Positions 10,913 to 24,700 are shown, counted from the stretch's first letter. The stretch is 64,000 bases of DNA from Camelus dromedarius (GCF_036321535.1 NC_087447.1:50284001-50348000); one strand, 5' to 3'. Program-made: numbers and translations. Notes: generated from the sequence alone by a model not told the origin.

Positions 10913-12637
10913 GTGGGTGTCTCGCAGACCGGGTGCTGGGGAGCGCTGGCAGGACAGCCAGTCTGGAGGAGCGCCGGACCAAGCATTCGGAGCCCGGCTT
11001 GGGGCGCCCAGCCCCATCCTCCGTTGTCTCCTAACGGGATCGTAGGGCTCCCCGAGGTGGGCTGAGGGGGAATGTGGCAGGCCTGGTGCTGGGATTGCGG
11101 GGGTCCAGTTCTGGGAGCCTCCGGGTGAGTCTTGGTCGTCAGCCTGGCTGTCTGAACGTCTACTCTTTTTCTCTGTTGTCTTCTCTGCTGAGGAGGGAGC
11201 GAGGCGCTGATGCCGGCCGGGGCCCCTGGCTCCGGCTACTGGTCCTGAGAGGACGTAGGTCGCGGGCTTGACATTGGGGTCGGCGCTGAGCAGTACCGGG
11301 GAGGAGGGTGGGCGGGCTGCTCTTGTTGTGGTGCTGCTAGAGAGTGCGTGTTTGGGGAGGGGGCGGGGCGGGCTTGCCTCCTTGACACTTGACTGGGGAA
11401 GGATTAGACAGGATTCCGGTTACCGGAGCGGGCTCCGGCAATCTCTGCCCAGGTTTCCAGTGCGATGCTGCCCCGCGGTGGGGTCCGCAGGCGGGGACGC
11501 ATCGGGATGCCGTGACGTGGTGCTTGATTCCGGCGGTCGCCGGCCGCCTCCAAGATCCTGTCGGGAGGCGGGGACTGGCTTGTGGAGGGAGCGGATTCCT
11601 TTGGCTCTGCCCCTTCTTCCTCCTCCCCACCCCTTTTCTTTTAAGTCATTCTGCCGGCTGGAGCGCGCAGTCCGGTTCTCCTTGCTCTGGGTTGGTTCTT
11701 AGCTGAGAGGACTATGGGAAGTGGGGGGGGGGGGGGACTTCAACTCCAGGCGTGGAGTTGGAGTTAGCAGCCCCAGCGCCTCGAACGGGATATAGCAGTT
11801 ATTGAGGATGGGCGCCAGACTCCTCGACGATACAGTGCTCGCTCATTCATTCATTCATTTATGTTATTCCCTCTTAATCATTCATTTATTCATTTTACAA
11901 ACATTTGCAGCAGATCTACTGTGTACTAAGCAGGTATTGTGGAAGCGCCCAGCTCTGTTGTCTTTTTATCCTCTAGACCAGGGGATTCCCCTTGCCAAGT
12001 TGCTGATATCTAAACTTTTGGTAGATGTTTCTTTAAAGGCTATGGAGTGTAAATTCATCTTTCATGGTTAAGACTTGAGGAGAAAGTACTTTACTGAGCT
12101 CCATTAACCCACTTACTATCCTAGGAAATTTATATATTTTATCTAATGTAACTCATAGTGAGAAATCCAGCAGAAGTGACTTGCCCAAGGTTACACAGGT
12201 AGTGGCATCTATTTTAATAATGTACTGGCCACTGTGATAAGAACCTTACATACACTGTTCTTTAATCCTCATAACAAACTGAGTGATAAAATCTCTGTTT
12301 TACAGATGTGTAAAACATGTTCAGATGGGCCAATTTACCCAGGATCACACAGCCAGTAAGTTGAAAGCTCGAACTAGAACTTAGAGGTGTCTAACACCTG
12401 TGCTTTTTCCGCTGTGATAGGCAGGTATTATATCCCAAATGGTTAAATTCTTCATTTGTCAGAAATTGGAAAGTGTGGTGGTGAAATAGGGATTGTGAGA
12501 TATTCTTACTGGTTTTACTTCTTAGCATGTGGCTCTCCAGGTGAGTGACTTTTCGAATGTACTTTGGTAATTTGAGTTTTTGTTTTTTGGTTTGGCAGGG
12601 AAGACAAGCTCTTTGGGGCTACCAAAAAGAAGCAGGA

Positions 12638-12707
12638 ATGCCTGTTGTGTGGCCAACACTTTTGGATCTCAGCAGGGATGAATGCAAAAGGATTCTTCGA
12701 AAATTGG
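12638..12707 (+). CDS. EMSY: EMSY exon 2 coding part (exon starts 12599): [23 protein letters not shown]
   Basis: Acceptor tttggcag|GG at 12598/12599, ATG 12638, donor TGG|gtatga. Confidence 0.97.
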
Positions 12708-15700
12708 GTATGATTTTCATTTTTGATGTTTTATGTCTCTCTGTCATACTTTCCCCTTTCTGTTTGGGTCATGGCTGTTACATGGATGTCATATCTCATG
12801 CTGTGTTAGAAATTCTTTAGAGGTATAGTTCCTGTTTTACTCGTTTTTATTTCCCCAGTGCATAGCATAGTTCTTTGTACACAGTAAGTGCAGGAATCAT
12901 AATAATAATAGCAGCTAAGAATTCTTGAGAGCTAGTGGGCTATTCTGAGGCCTTTACATTCAACATCTCATTTAACCCTCACTCAAACCAAAAATGTAGG
13001 TTTTTTTTTTTTTGTCCCCATGTTACAGGTGACAACTGAAGCTTAGAACCCAGAGTAAGTGATGGAGCCAGGATTTCAACCCAGGGATTAGGATTCCATT
13101 CTCACTTTAACATACTTTTAACCTTCATGAATGTATATGTGAATTACATAGTGTTTCTGAAATCTAAGTTAATGTAAGCTATGTTGACTTTCCCAAATTA
13201 TATTTTACTATCAGTAGTAAAACACCCATTATGCTTTTAATGAATTATTTAGTGCTTCTTTTTCTTTAGAGCAGCCTTTTTCAACTAGCATTTAAGGAGA
13301 GAATTAAGCCCTAATGCTAAAGCATCCATGTATGTAATGAACTAACTTCTCTTCATGTATCTAGAATGGGATTAGTTATGTATTATCCTTGGGAAAACTG
13401 AGAAAAAAAGAGTTACTCAAATCATTTTCTATATTCTGTGGTTCAAATGAAGATCTTTGGTTGAGAAATACAGCCTTAAACTGTAAGATCCAAGAAGGAT
13501 CTTTTTGTCTTGTTTACCACTGTAGTCTTAAGCCAGCATACAGTAGGGGTTCAGTAAATGAAAAAATAATTTGAAAAAGAACAGTAAATGTTTTGGCAGT
13601 GGATATGATTGATTGGTTGATTGATTTTAAAGATAATGACAGCATCTTCCCTAAGTTCTCTGCATACCTTTTTTTAATTTTTATTTTTGTTATTTTTTTT
13701 AATGGAGGTACTGGGGATTGAACCCAGGACCTCGTGCTTGCTAAGCATGCACTCTACCACTGAGCTATACCACACCCCCGAATTATGTAGATGTCTATGA
13801 TTTTGGCAGGGAAAGTGTGGGCATTGAATTTAGACAGACTGGGGTCTTGGTCCTGTTACTAATGAACCACATAATCCAAGGACACGTTTAATCTTCCTAA
13901 ATCTACTGACACTTTTGTAAATGAAGGATAATAATATTTGCCTCGTAAATTTGGTATGTGGATTACGTGTATATAAAAAGGGCCAATTACAGTGCCTCAT
14001 ATCTGAATATATAGTGTTCTAAAGCAAGTGCTTTCAGACATTATTTGTAGGTGAATCTTTTCTTCAAAGGAAATCTTTGTTGGGAATTGCTGTGTATAAA
14101 TCTGAATCATAGACACTCTAGCCCTGCTTGCTTATACTCTTTGCCCTTTTTATTTCCCCTTAGGCCACTGTGAGGATTGCTGTATTTTAGACTACTTCTT
14201 AGCATTGTATTTTAGCACATATAGAGAGATTTTGTTCTGTTTTGTTTTATGTTTTGGTGAATTATTCCTTTTTTTTTCCTTTAACTGCTTATCAAAGCTT
14301 TTAGTACTAATTCGAGGATGATTTTCTACACACTTATATGCAATTGCTATAACTTGCTAGCCACCAGTTATAAAGTTGGGTTTATATTTATTTCATAGCT
14401 GAAATAATTGCAGAGGAACAGATCACAACTACAGTAGATTGCATTAGAGTTTCAGGGCCTTGGTTGTGGCCTTCAATCAAGAGATTATGTTTAAATATAA
14501 AAATTATAACCTTTAACTCTAAATTTATCCTTAATTTTAGTCAGAGCTGTGTGGGTTATGTTGCTGAAGAGCTGCTTCTATACAAAAGAAAAGAGCCTTC
14601 CTACAGGGTAATGTCATCTTCAATGACCCTTCACTTTGGGAGGTGAGCCTTGATAGTGATTTGCAGAAAGACTTCCTCCCCACCTGTTGGCTCATTATCA
14701 TAACAGTGAAACCTTTGAGTTGCTTTCAAACACTTGCTTTAGATCCACAGTTTAGAGAAGGTACTGCATTTAAGAATTAGCTTAAAAAATTCTTTTCAAA
14801 ATAATTATAAATGATTTTAACGTTATTTGCTAAACATTTAGGTGTTACTTAAATGTAAAGAAACTGAGATAGAACATTTCTCTATGATACACTGAACATA
14901 CCAATGATAGATAAATGCTTTCTTTCTTCTATCCTGCCTCTCCCCTGCCCTATTTTTAATGACCATTCCTGATCTATAACTCTAACATGGGGCTTTATAG
15001 ACTATAGTATAATTGAATGGCTGGTTAAATGGAATGGATAAAACTAGTTTGGCAACTCTTTTGTTTTCTGTAGCGTTTGCATGTATTAATTATTGTTATA
15101 CTTACGTGTCATTGGAATTAACACTGATAGAATGGTGCCAAAAATAATACCAGAAGTTCAACTAACTTTGATATTGTCAGAATCTGAAGATACTCATTAA
15201 ATGGAAATCAACAAATGTGAATGAGATTGGGAAGCTAGTAAAAGTTCTTTACAATGAATGAATTTCTCATTGAGTGAAGGGGAAGAAATACCTTGGGTTG
15301 TGTATCCATGATAATTGTGTTCTGAGTCCCAGTTTTGTGTGTGGTTGCCACTTCTTACTTTTGTTCATGACTTTTTAGTTAGACTTGGAATGAGACTTGA
15401 GATGTCAGAAATCTTTGTCACATTTCTTTAGTTAATTTCACTTTTTTTGTAATAGTGTCTTGATCACTGTAAATTCTGTAGGCCAAAAGTGTACTTTTCC
15501 CTTAAACTGCTTCCTCTCTCTGCCTCCATTTCTTTTTATGGTATTGCCGTTTTCTTAAATATCTTGGAAACTGAAAAATCTGATTCCTTTCCTTCTGCCA
15601 TTTCTTTCACATTTAATCAATCACTGAGTCCCAACTAAACTTTTTAGACTGGAAATAGTGCCTTAGTCTGGCCCCAAACTACTTTTCCATTTTTATCCTT

Positions 15701-18700
15701 GTTAGATTTGAAGATAGGGATTTTGTTTTGTTTATATAAATATTCTCTGTAGTATCCTGTAGTGGTAATGTTCAGTTAGTAGTTTGGTTTGAATTAGTGA
15801 CTAACCAGGTACAGACATATTTTTACTTCCCCTAGTATAAAACTCTTACTGACTGTTACTGGAAGCTTAATGTCTATATGAAACATTATCTACTTTTTAC
15901 TCTCTCTGTTCCTTTTGCACATTTGCATTTTTCTCCCTGCCTGCCTGGTGCACAGGTCCTTTTCTGATTAAAGCTTATGTTTCCAGACTAGATGATGTAT
16001 TTTTCTTCTGTACCTTTAACACTGTATTGTAAACTATATCATAATTATGCAATGACTTGTTTCACTGTAGCTTTATTCTACAGTTAACTCCTTGAGGGCA
16101 GGATTTAACACACTATCTAGTATATATAATAGGACTCAATACTTATTTGTTGAATAAAATAGTCCATAAATAGGGCATAAACATTTAGAGTATAGTGACT
16201 TCTTAGTTATCCCCAGTGCCTTTCTGAACTCTACTTTGGGTCCTTATAAAAGCAGAAATGTATGTTTCCTGGAACAAAGTATTTCCTTCACTGCTTCAGA
16301 GAAGCCAGAACTTTGTCCTTCCAGAGAGACCCCATGAAACATCTACACAATTTCCAGCACAGATTGAACATGCAGGATGTTTACACATGGGATAATTCAG
16401 TTGGACCACACATTTCTATTTAGTATGGTCAGCACACTTTTCTATGTAGTTTTTTTTTGACAGAACTGTGAATAATACGAATTGAACGATGCTACTGTTT
16501 TATTACTGGTATAGTACCTTGGATGCAGGTATGCGTGCCTTAATTCTTTGGGTAACATTGGCTGTCTGTTGTGTGTCAGGCATTGGCAAATGGCAAATGC
16601 TGGTAGCAACTTACCTTCAGTAAGAAGATAACTGTAGTCTGGACACTTACTTCCCATCAGATATACCTGTCTCGTAGTGTTAATGGTTTAAAACAACTGT
16701 TTTATTATTTCTGATGATGCTGTGGGTTGCTTAGTCTTACCTGAGAGCTCTCATGTGGCTGTATTCAGCTGGTAGCCTAGCTGGTTGACTGGACTCAGCT
16801 GGTTCAGCTAAGATGGTTGGGCCTCTCTCTCCATGTGGCCTTTCATCCTGGGCTTCTTTACAGCTTGATGATCTCAAGGTTCCAAGAGAGTGAGGCCTCA
16901 TGTGCAAGGATTCTGTTTGCATCGTGTATGCTGATGTTCCGTTGGCCGAAGCAAGTCACATGCCAAGCCCAGAGTCACTGTGGGAGGGAGTATAAAAAGG
17001 TAGTACACAAGGAATTACACTGGGAGGCAGGCATGGTTCGTTGGGAGTCATTGAGGGCTTTCTGGTTTTATATTTTAACCACTACTAGAGACTGACAGTT
17101 TCATTAAATAATGGTTGTTGCTGTAGGAAGATAGTGAAATGAAATTGTCTGGCATTATGGTTCAGTATATTATGTCCTGATTGCTGTAAGAGCAAGTCAT
17201 GTTTACTAATCTGCCTTAGTCATTTTGATGGTTCTTTTTATAGATGCAGAGGATCTTAGAAATGGAAGGTACGTTCAGAGTGTCTTCTAGATGAAGAAAC
17301 TGGGGCTCACAGATGAGAAAGGACTTGCCCAAGGTCACACAACTAGTACAAGGCAGTGCTGAAGCCAGAAACTGGTCATTGGACTCTTTGTCAGTAGTTT
17401 TTTAGTTGCACAGCACTCTCAACTACCCAGGAGGGAGGTGGAATGTAGTTCAAATTCTTTGGCAAGCTGAAGGAACTATTTCAAAGTTTGGTCAGTAAAG
17501 GTACCTTTCAATAATGCTAAAAACTCCTCTTATCAGCCTTCTTATATCGCTTGGAACCTGTTCCTAGTTGTTGGTAGCGTCTGAGTTAAATGTTCTTCAA
17601 TGATCATATGTGAGATGGATATTTACAGTTAGATTTTTCTACCTAAACATTTTACACACATGACTTCTGTGAAGCAGGTAAAAAAGATGATAAGATTATA
17701 AAAGTCACATTTTAATCTGTCATTAGATTAAATTTTTGAGAGGACATTAACAAAATATTTGCATATTGATTTTTAGGTTTCCTGCCCTGGAATTTCACTA
17801 TATATAGTCGTAGTGTTAAAATATTGACAGCCTATCTTGATAAAATAATTTTCTTCTTCTAGAATTGGAGGCATATGCTGGAGTTATCAGTGCACTTCGG
17901 GCACAGGGAGATCTCACCAAGGAAAAGAAAGATCTTCTTGGAGAACTCTCAAAGGTTCTTAGGTAAATTATCCTAAAAGTTTGTGAGACATGACTCTAGA
18001 AATTTCATTTTGAGGGGTTTCAATACTTTCATTCTTAAGTTGAAGACAGAGGTGTCCAAGTTGTTGGTGCTTAAAGATCCCATCTTTGCTTTAGAAGATT
18101 ATGTAATTTCCCCTTTATTCTGTAATCAAATCAGAAAAGATTTAAGGCAGATTATTTTAGGTTTGGGCTACCTGGGAAGAGGAGGTATTTTTGACGCGGG
18201 TTAAGGAACAAAGAGCTGGCAACAACTGGATATGAAGATCTAAAGTAGCCCAGTGGCATTTGTTGAGGGGGAAGGAGATACTAGGAAGTTGCTGTTTTAA
18301 TTTATAGAAGTGGGTGGTGATTATATAGTCATAGCCTTAAGGATACTTTATCCCTTCAGCTTCCTACTAGAGTGGCACTTGAATTCATTAAAAAAGTCTA
18401 GTGAAAGAGGTTCTTTGATACTTTGCCTTGATCCATTCTTAATATCTTGAGCTTTCTCAGAAAATTCAGTTTTGTTTTAACTGGAGTTTCCTGTCTACAT
18501 TTAAGTCCATTTTGTACTATTCTTTTTTTAACTGGAAATAGGGGAAACTTTTCCTATATTTAGTTAACATTAAAATAAGGGTGTTATTAAGCCAAATCCT
18601 CGTCTTATGGTCTTCATATTTAACAATTTATATTTTTTTTCTTTGTTTGTATTTGCTCATTAATTCTGCTTTCCAGCCCCTTAAGTATTTCAGTCATTGG

Positions 18701-21700
18701 TATTGATTTAGCTTAGCAATAGAAATTACAATTTGAAGAGGGGTATTCATTTTATTGAGTATTTATAAATGGAATGGGTGTAGCTATTTATTCAGTTGTT
18801 TAGTATTAACTTAACATATATTTTATCAGGATTAACATAAGCACATTTTTACCATAGAGGTAACATGATATAATGTAGAAGACACAGTTGAAGTGTTGAG
18901 TAATACAAGAGTAATATCCTGGTGTCAAATTTCATACTATATAGGCACAGTAAACAGATTATCTTGTCACTTTCATTTATTATATTCACTGAACATAAAA
19001 TTACAGACTTTTAAGCTTTAGAAAAGACTTTAAAAGACTTTCTTCTGAGGGCCAAAGTTCTCTTCTCAGTAACCATGATTAGGGGGTCATTCAGTGGCTG
19101 TTTGCATATTTAGATAACAGGAACTTCTGCTAATCTTGAACACTATCTGACATTTCTAAGTTTTGGACTCATAACTTGATATCAAGCTGAATTTGTCTTC
19201 CTGTGATTTCTAATTTGTGACTAATTATCTCTGCAATTACACAGAATTAGTATGAATCCTCTTCTGTGAGTTTAATTAAAGCATTTCAAGATAATGGCCC
19301 CTGTCTATATCTTTTTACAAATCAGTTTTGTTCCCTCTCCCCAAGCAAAGTGTTGACTTAAACATTAATAAAAGTATAGAAAAGAGCTGCCTGCTTGGCA
19401 GAGTTCTATAATGGCTATTTTTTTTCATAGCATCTCAACAGAACGCCACCGTGCTGAAGTTCGGAGAGCAGTAAACGATGAACGGTTAACAACAATTGCA
19501 CATAAGTAAGCCATTAGTCATACCACCCCTGATTTTTAATGACTGTAGTATACCATAGTTTTGAAACAGTCTTCCTATTGTGTAGCAAATTCCCGAGTCT
19601 TTTATCTTGATAGTAATATCTCTGTACTCAGGGATCCTTGACCATAGCTGTGTTAACTGTTTATTCAGTTGGTTATGTTTTTGCATTTAGTTAGGCAAGC
19701 TTTAAGTTCTCAGGTCAAATCCTGTTACAATGTAATCTCTGTATAACAAAAGGCTGCCACAGTTTAGCAGATGATTCCTTTACTTGAAGCAAAGTTCAGT
19801 AACAAAGTAGTGTGCTCCCCAAATTTCACAGCCCCTTAGAGGTTTTTTGTAATGGTATTTGATATGTGTATATTGCTTGATAGATAGGCATTATAAATTT
19901 TTTGATGACTGACTCTAATATTTCATGTATTTTGAAATTCAGAAGAGATTGTAAAATATATGTTCTGCTTTTGAGAAATATGAATACAGTATGCCTTAAT
20001 TAACTTTGAAAAGCCAACAAAATAAAATTATAAAGGATTCTTATCAAATTGGTTTCAGATCATTATAACTCTTTGACTGGTGGGGTGGAGGGTGGTGGAA
20101 GCCTGAGCAGGGATCAAGCATTAACAGAGTGTGTATGGGGACAGTGCTTCCTGAAAAATAGAAAGGATCAGAAATTATCCTTTAAATGTTAATACAAGAT
20201 GATAGGAACATTTTATAAAATAAGGTATGTTATAGAATAATTTATTTGTCTTTTACTTTGATGTTTTAATGTGAAATATAACTAAAGAGAATAATTCAGT
20301 GCATTTCCATAATGTGATAGAGCTTTTAAACCAATTGTCAGTATTTGTATTGACCCGGTAGATCCATTAGCTTCACATTGTGCTTCACTGTTCCTCATTT
20401 TAGTTAACTGATAAAATGGGGTGCTACCTTTTTAACTGTGTAGTTTGAAAGTTTAGCTTTTTGAATTTTGAGATTTTTCAGCGGTAGGTATGTATGCACT
20501 GTAGAAATTTGGAAATTTTACACTAGCAACATTCAGTATTTAGTTGTTACACCAACATGGCTGAAACATTCCAATATTAATGTATTCCTTCTTTAAATTG
20601 CTCTAAACCTTTAACTTGGGATACTCTAAAAATAATAACTAAGCCTAGAGTCTAATTTGAGAACTGGTAACTATGCTCAATAATAAAGTAGTAAACACTA
20701 GTTTGCATTCAGAGGCACTTAGAGACAAAATTTGTACCTTAAAAGCATTAGAACAGTATTGTGGGGCAATTAGTTGTAACTTGATGCATCACTTTCATAC
20801 TTAAAGGATAACATTTATTTAGTCTCCTTTTCCTTTTTTCCCCTTTAAAGAATGAATTTATCCTTATATTTGGGTGAAAGACCAAGTTACAGGTATGCAA
20901 ATAGGTTATTATTATTTCAGGCTTTTTCTTGTATTTATTTCAGAATTGAAGCTCTCAATTATTCAGGGGCACGTATTCCATTTATGAATTAACCATGCCC
21001 CTTGCTTTTCCTTCTCTTCCCCTCCTCCCCCTCCTAATACTGCCCACCCTTTAGCTATTTTGCTGCTTGGAAGAAGTACCTCTAGTCAGAGGGTGGGAAG
21101 GGAGAGGAGGTGAAAATTTTAATTAGTCATTTTAGTACTTATTAGTTCTCCTGGAAAAGGTTTCGTGGAAGGATTTACAAGTATTTGCCAAAGTATTTTG
21201 GGATAATATGTGGGTTTCTTTAATCTATTTGACCTCTCCCTTTCCCTCCTCTCTCTTTTAGTATGGATAATTGAGAGTTGGCTTTTATCTACTTGTCTCC
21301 TCTTTTTTTCTCTCCTTTCTGATTTCTTTAGTACATGAATTTAATTTTGTGAAAGAATTTACTTCAGTGTATAATTTTAAGCTTCTTAGGTCTTTCCGTA
21401 CTCCTGTTTTAATAATTTTTTATTTTGGTTTTAGTTTGATCATATTTACTTGTTGAGCCCAAGGGTCAGTGAGTGGGGAATGGTGAGGAAGGCATAGATC
21501 CCTCATTCTCTCCATCTCCTCTGCTCTCATTCCCTCAGAAGTAGCAACAGAACCTAATTCCAAAGATTATCTATAGGAGGGTTTCATACTCTGAGCCTGG
21601 AAAAAGTAATTTGAGCCAAGGAGGAATGCATCTGAACTGACTGCATTCCCTTTCTCCTCTCCCTTCCCTCCCCCACTCTGAACAGCAGCTTAGGCCAGAA

Positions 21701-24700
21701 GGAATGTGGTTGAAAGATGAAGAGAAAGCCTAGAAGATTGAGCACAAAGGAGGTGGAAACAAAAGGAGTGGAGTGTCTGGGATCAAAGAAAAGCCTTGCT
21801 TGTGGCTTGAACCATACATGTTTATTATTTGGCACGAGACTGTTTATTAAGTTTGATACTCTAATTCAGTTTTGAAACATGTCAGAATATTATGATATTA
21901 AATCCTAGAATGTCAAGGAGCTTCAGTTTTTAATTGGGCCACTCTTGCCAGCATTGTATCTAGATTTTGAAGAAAGTGGCTATCCAGAATTACTGTTCTT
22001 TTAACCAAAATTCATCAGCCAAAATTCATGAGATACTGTGTGAGTTTTTATATGAGGATGAGGATTTCGTACTGGAGCCCTGCACACCAAAGGATGAGAG
22101 GGCCAAGGTACTTCCATTAGTATCATGTTAGATTTCTTATGAAAGGGGCTGGAGCCAGGTTTCTGTCATCTCTTGCTGTACTTAGTATGAATAGAGAGCT
22201 GTTCTTTGAAACTTAGGTATCCCAGGAAAGCCCTGGAGTAAGATGTTTACAGAAAACTAAAATTCTGTTTAGATAGTTCATGCAACTAATGCATATTTAC
22301 ACCCTCTCTGCTAAGCAAATAGGAAAAATTTTAATCTAATTCTAACCTAATGTTTAATTTTTCATGCACTTAAAAAAAGTTTGAGCATGTTTGCATGAGT
22401 AGAAATTTGGAAGATTTATAGATCTTTTTAAAAGTTGCAGTTGTGTCTTTTTGCACTGCAAATTTTATCTTTTCAATAGTGTATATTCATGTGTTTCAGA
22501 TTATTAATCTTCCATAATTTCTGCCATTTAAACAATATTCCAGGTAAATGTAGGCATTATTTGTGTGGTAAGCTCTTACCAAGCAAGTTTATTAGTGATA
22601 TTTTAATAAAGTGATAGCAAAATAGGAGCATACCAAGAAAATGCTGTTTAGCTTTTAGAATTTTTTCCTTTGACAATTCCCCCTTTCTGTCTTTCTTGTT
22701 TGTGTCATTCATTCTCTGTTTCAGAACTAGAATCAACTTGGAGGTTACATGATAACAAAATTGTAAGGGTTATGGGGGAATCTTATGAATTTCTCTTTCC
22801 CATGATTTAGGTAGGACTGTGTTAAACCAGGAAAGAATTTGCAGATTTCCCACAGTAACTCAATTGAGAATTCCTTGAATTCCTAGAAATTCCTTTCTGA
22901 ACTGAATGTAAATTCTTCTCAAGCTGTAATTTATTTGTTCCATTCCGTGGTAGTGATTAGATAGCAGTGCCCAGTTAGTATAAATCAAAGGCAAAAATTA
23001 GACATAAAACACACTAGAAAAATTTTATACTTTCCACCTGTGATGTGGCAGTTTCAGTAGCATGACGTATTCTTGTTGAAGATGACATTTAGTAGCTGTG
23101 TGACCTTAGGCAAGTTATTTAGCCTCTCAGTGACTCAGTTTTCCCATCTATAAAATGGAGATAATATTACCAATTTCATAGGATTGTTGAGAGAATTGTA
23201 TGCGTTAATACATGTGAAATATTTAGAACAATGCCTCACATATAGTAATTGTTAATTGATGTTAACTATCGTCATTACCATCATTCATCATCATTATTTC
23301 ACTAGCCACTAACAAGGGCTTTTTTGTACTCTATCTAAATCTGAAGAATCAGTGGGCATAGAGTCTTAAACTCTAGGTTGGGTTGTAGAGTCTTTGGTTT
23401 TGAAAAAGGTGCAGAAATAATTCCAATTTAGTGAAGAGACTGATTTTTTTCTAGGTAAATTTTAAACCTCAACATTAATCCTTAGGAAAAGTGATGCAAC
23501 TACCTTCTGTGGAGCCAAGTCAAGAGAAGTCAGCCACTGTCTTTCCATGTTTCAATCTCTGTTTGGATTCCTAAGATAAAATTTGCTCAAGAAGTTAGAG
23601 TAAAGAAACTGAGAATATTATTTGCTTAGGGGTAGAGTTCAATTGCCTCAAATACTTCCTAGAGTGAAGAATGGTATAAATAAGTAAAATTAAAGTAGTG
23701 GCAGGTTTCTCCCAGTGTCCTCAGATCTTGTCTGTTTTTTAACAGGAAGGGTAATAATATAACACATTGTCAGTGACACATGCAGTGATATACACAGCCC
23801 TCTTCTCTATCCTTTAGTACCTATAGTCTCCCTCGTTTACTGCCTCAGTTTCCCTTGTTTGAAAGCCTTAGAACCTCTGGCCATGCAGGCAGTTAGGATA
23901 ATTTTGCCAAAGTTTAGTGAGTTCCAGCCTTAATTAAGGAAAATCTGATTTTTAAAATTATGAGTACTTTTTACCTTTTTAGCTTAATTACAATATTAAG
24001 TTCTAAAAGTTAGTAGAAATATAAGTTTTTATTAGCAATATTGGATTTAAGCTAATGAATATAATGTCAATATTTATTTAGAAGTCATGGGAAAATTTTT
24101 CATAGTTTCACCTATGTTCATTATAAGATTCAGATTATAAAATGTGTAAAAACCTAAGTGTGTGTGAAATTTCTGGAATTCTGATTATTATTCATAATTT
24201 TGATCTTGCTTTCTTAAAGCCTCTCCTGTTCACTCAGAGTACTTTTTATAATTTAAAAAGTTATATTTGAGTATATATATATTTGATTCATTTTTAGCGA
24301 TTGAGAACTCTTGTAGCAACGTTTTCTTTTTTGTTTAGTATGTCTGGACCTAATAGCTCTTCAGAATGGTCCATTGAAGGTCGTCGATTGGTACCCCTGA
24401 TGCCCCGGCTGGTTCCCCAAACTGCCTTCACTGTAACAGCTAATGCTGTTGCCAATGCAGCTATCCAGCACAATGCATCTCTTCCAGTGCCTGCAGAAAC
24501 AGGAAGCAAGGAAGGTGAGTAGAGGAATATTTCTATATGTAGAGATGACTTTTCTCAGATTCTTCAAGAAAAGTTGTCTTATTTTTCATCTGTTTTTGTC
24601 CCAGTGTTTAAAGGTTGTAAAATATAGTGAGCAACTCTTGTTCTAAAACTAGAAACTGCCAAGTTTTTAGTCTCAGCCAAAATTAAATATCCCTTTTGTT

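Larger units (their letters stand above)
10170..11840. promoter_or_regulatory. CpG island / EMSY promoter
   Basis: Abrupt rise in GC and CpG against an AT-rich, CpG-depleted background; overlaps exon 1; boundaries approximate. Confidence 0.93.

Noticed and set aside
11074..11706. Several 65-144 aa ORFs in the CpG island
   Set aside because: Expected from stop-codon scarcity in GC-rich DNA; intronic, with no recognisable product
13703..13779. tRNA-Ala(AGC)-like sequence (also ~62996-63070)
   Set aside because: SINE heads with A-rich tails, degenerate stems and, in one case, a TSD; not tRNA genes
24294..24567. Minus-strand ORFs over EMSY exons (also 28213-28473, 36814-37044, 50524-50775, 61676-61867)
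   Set aside because: Antisense shadows of the real coding exons
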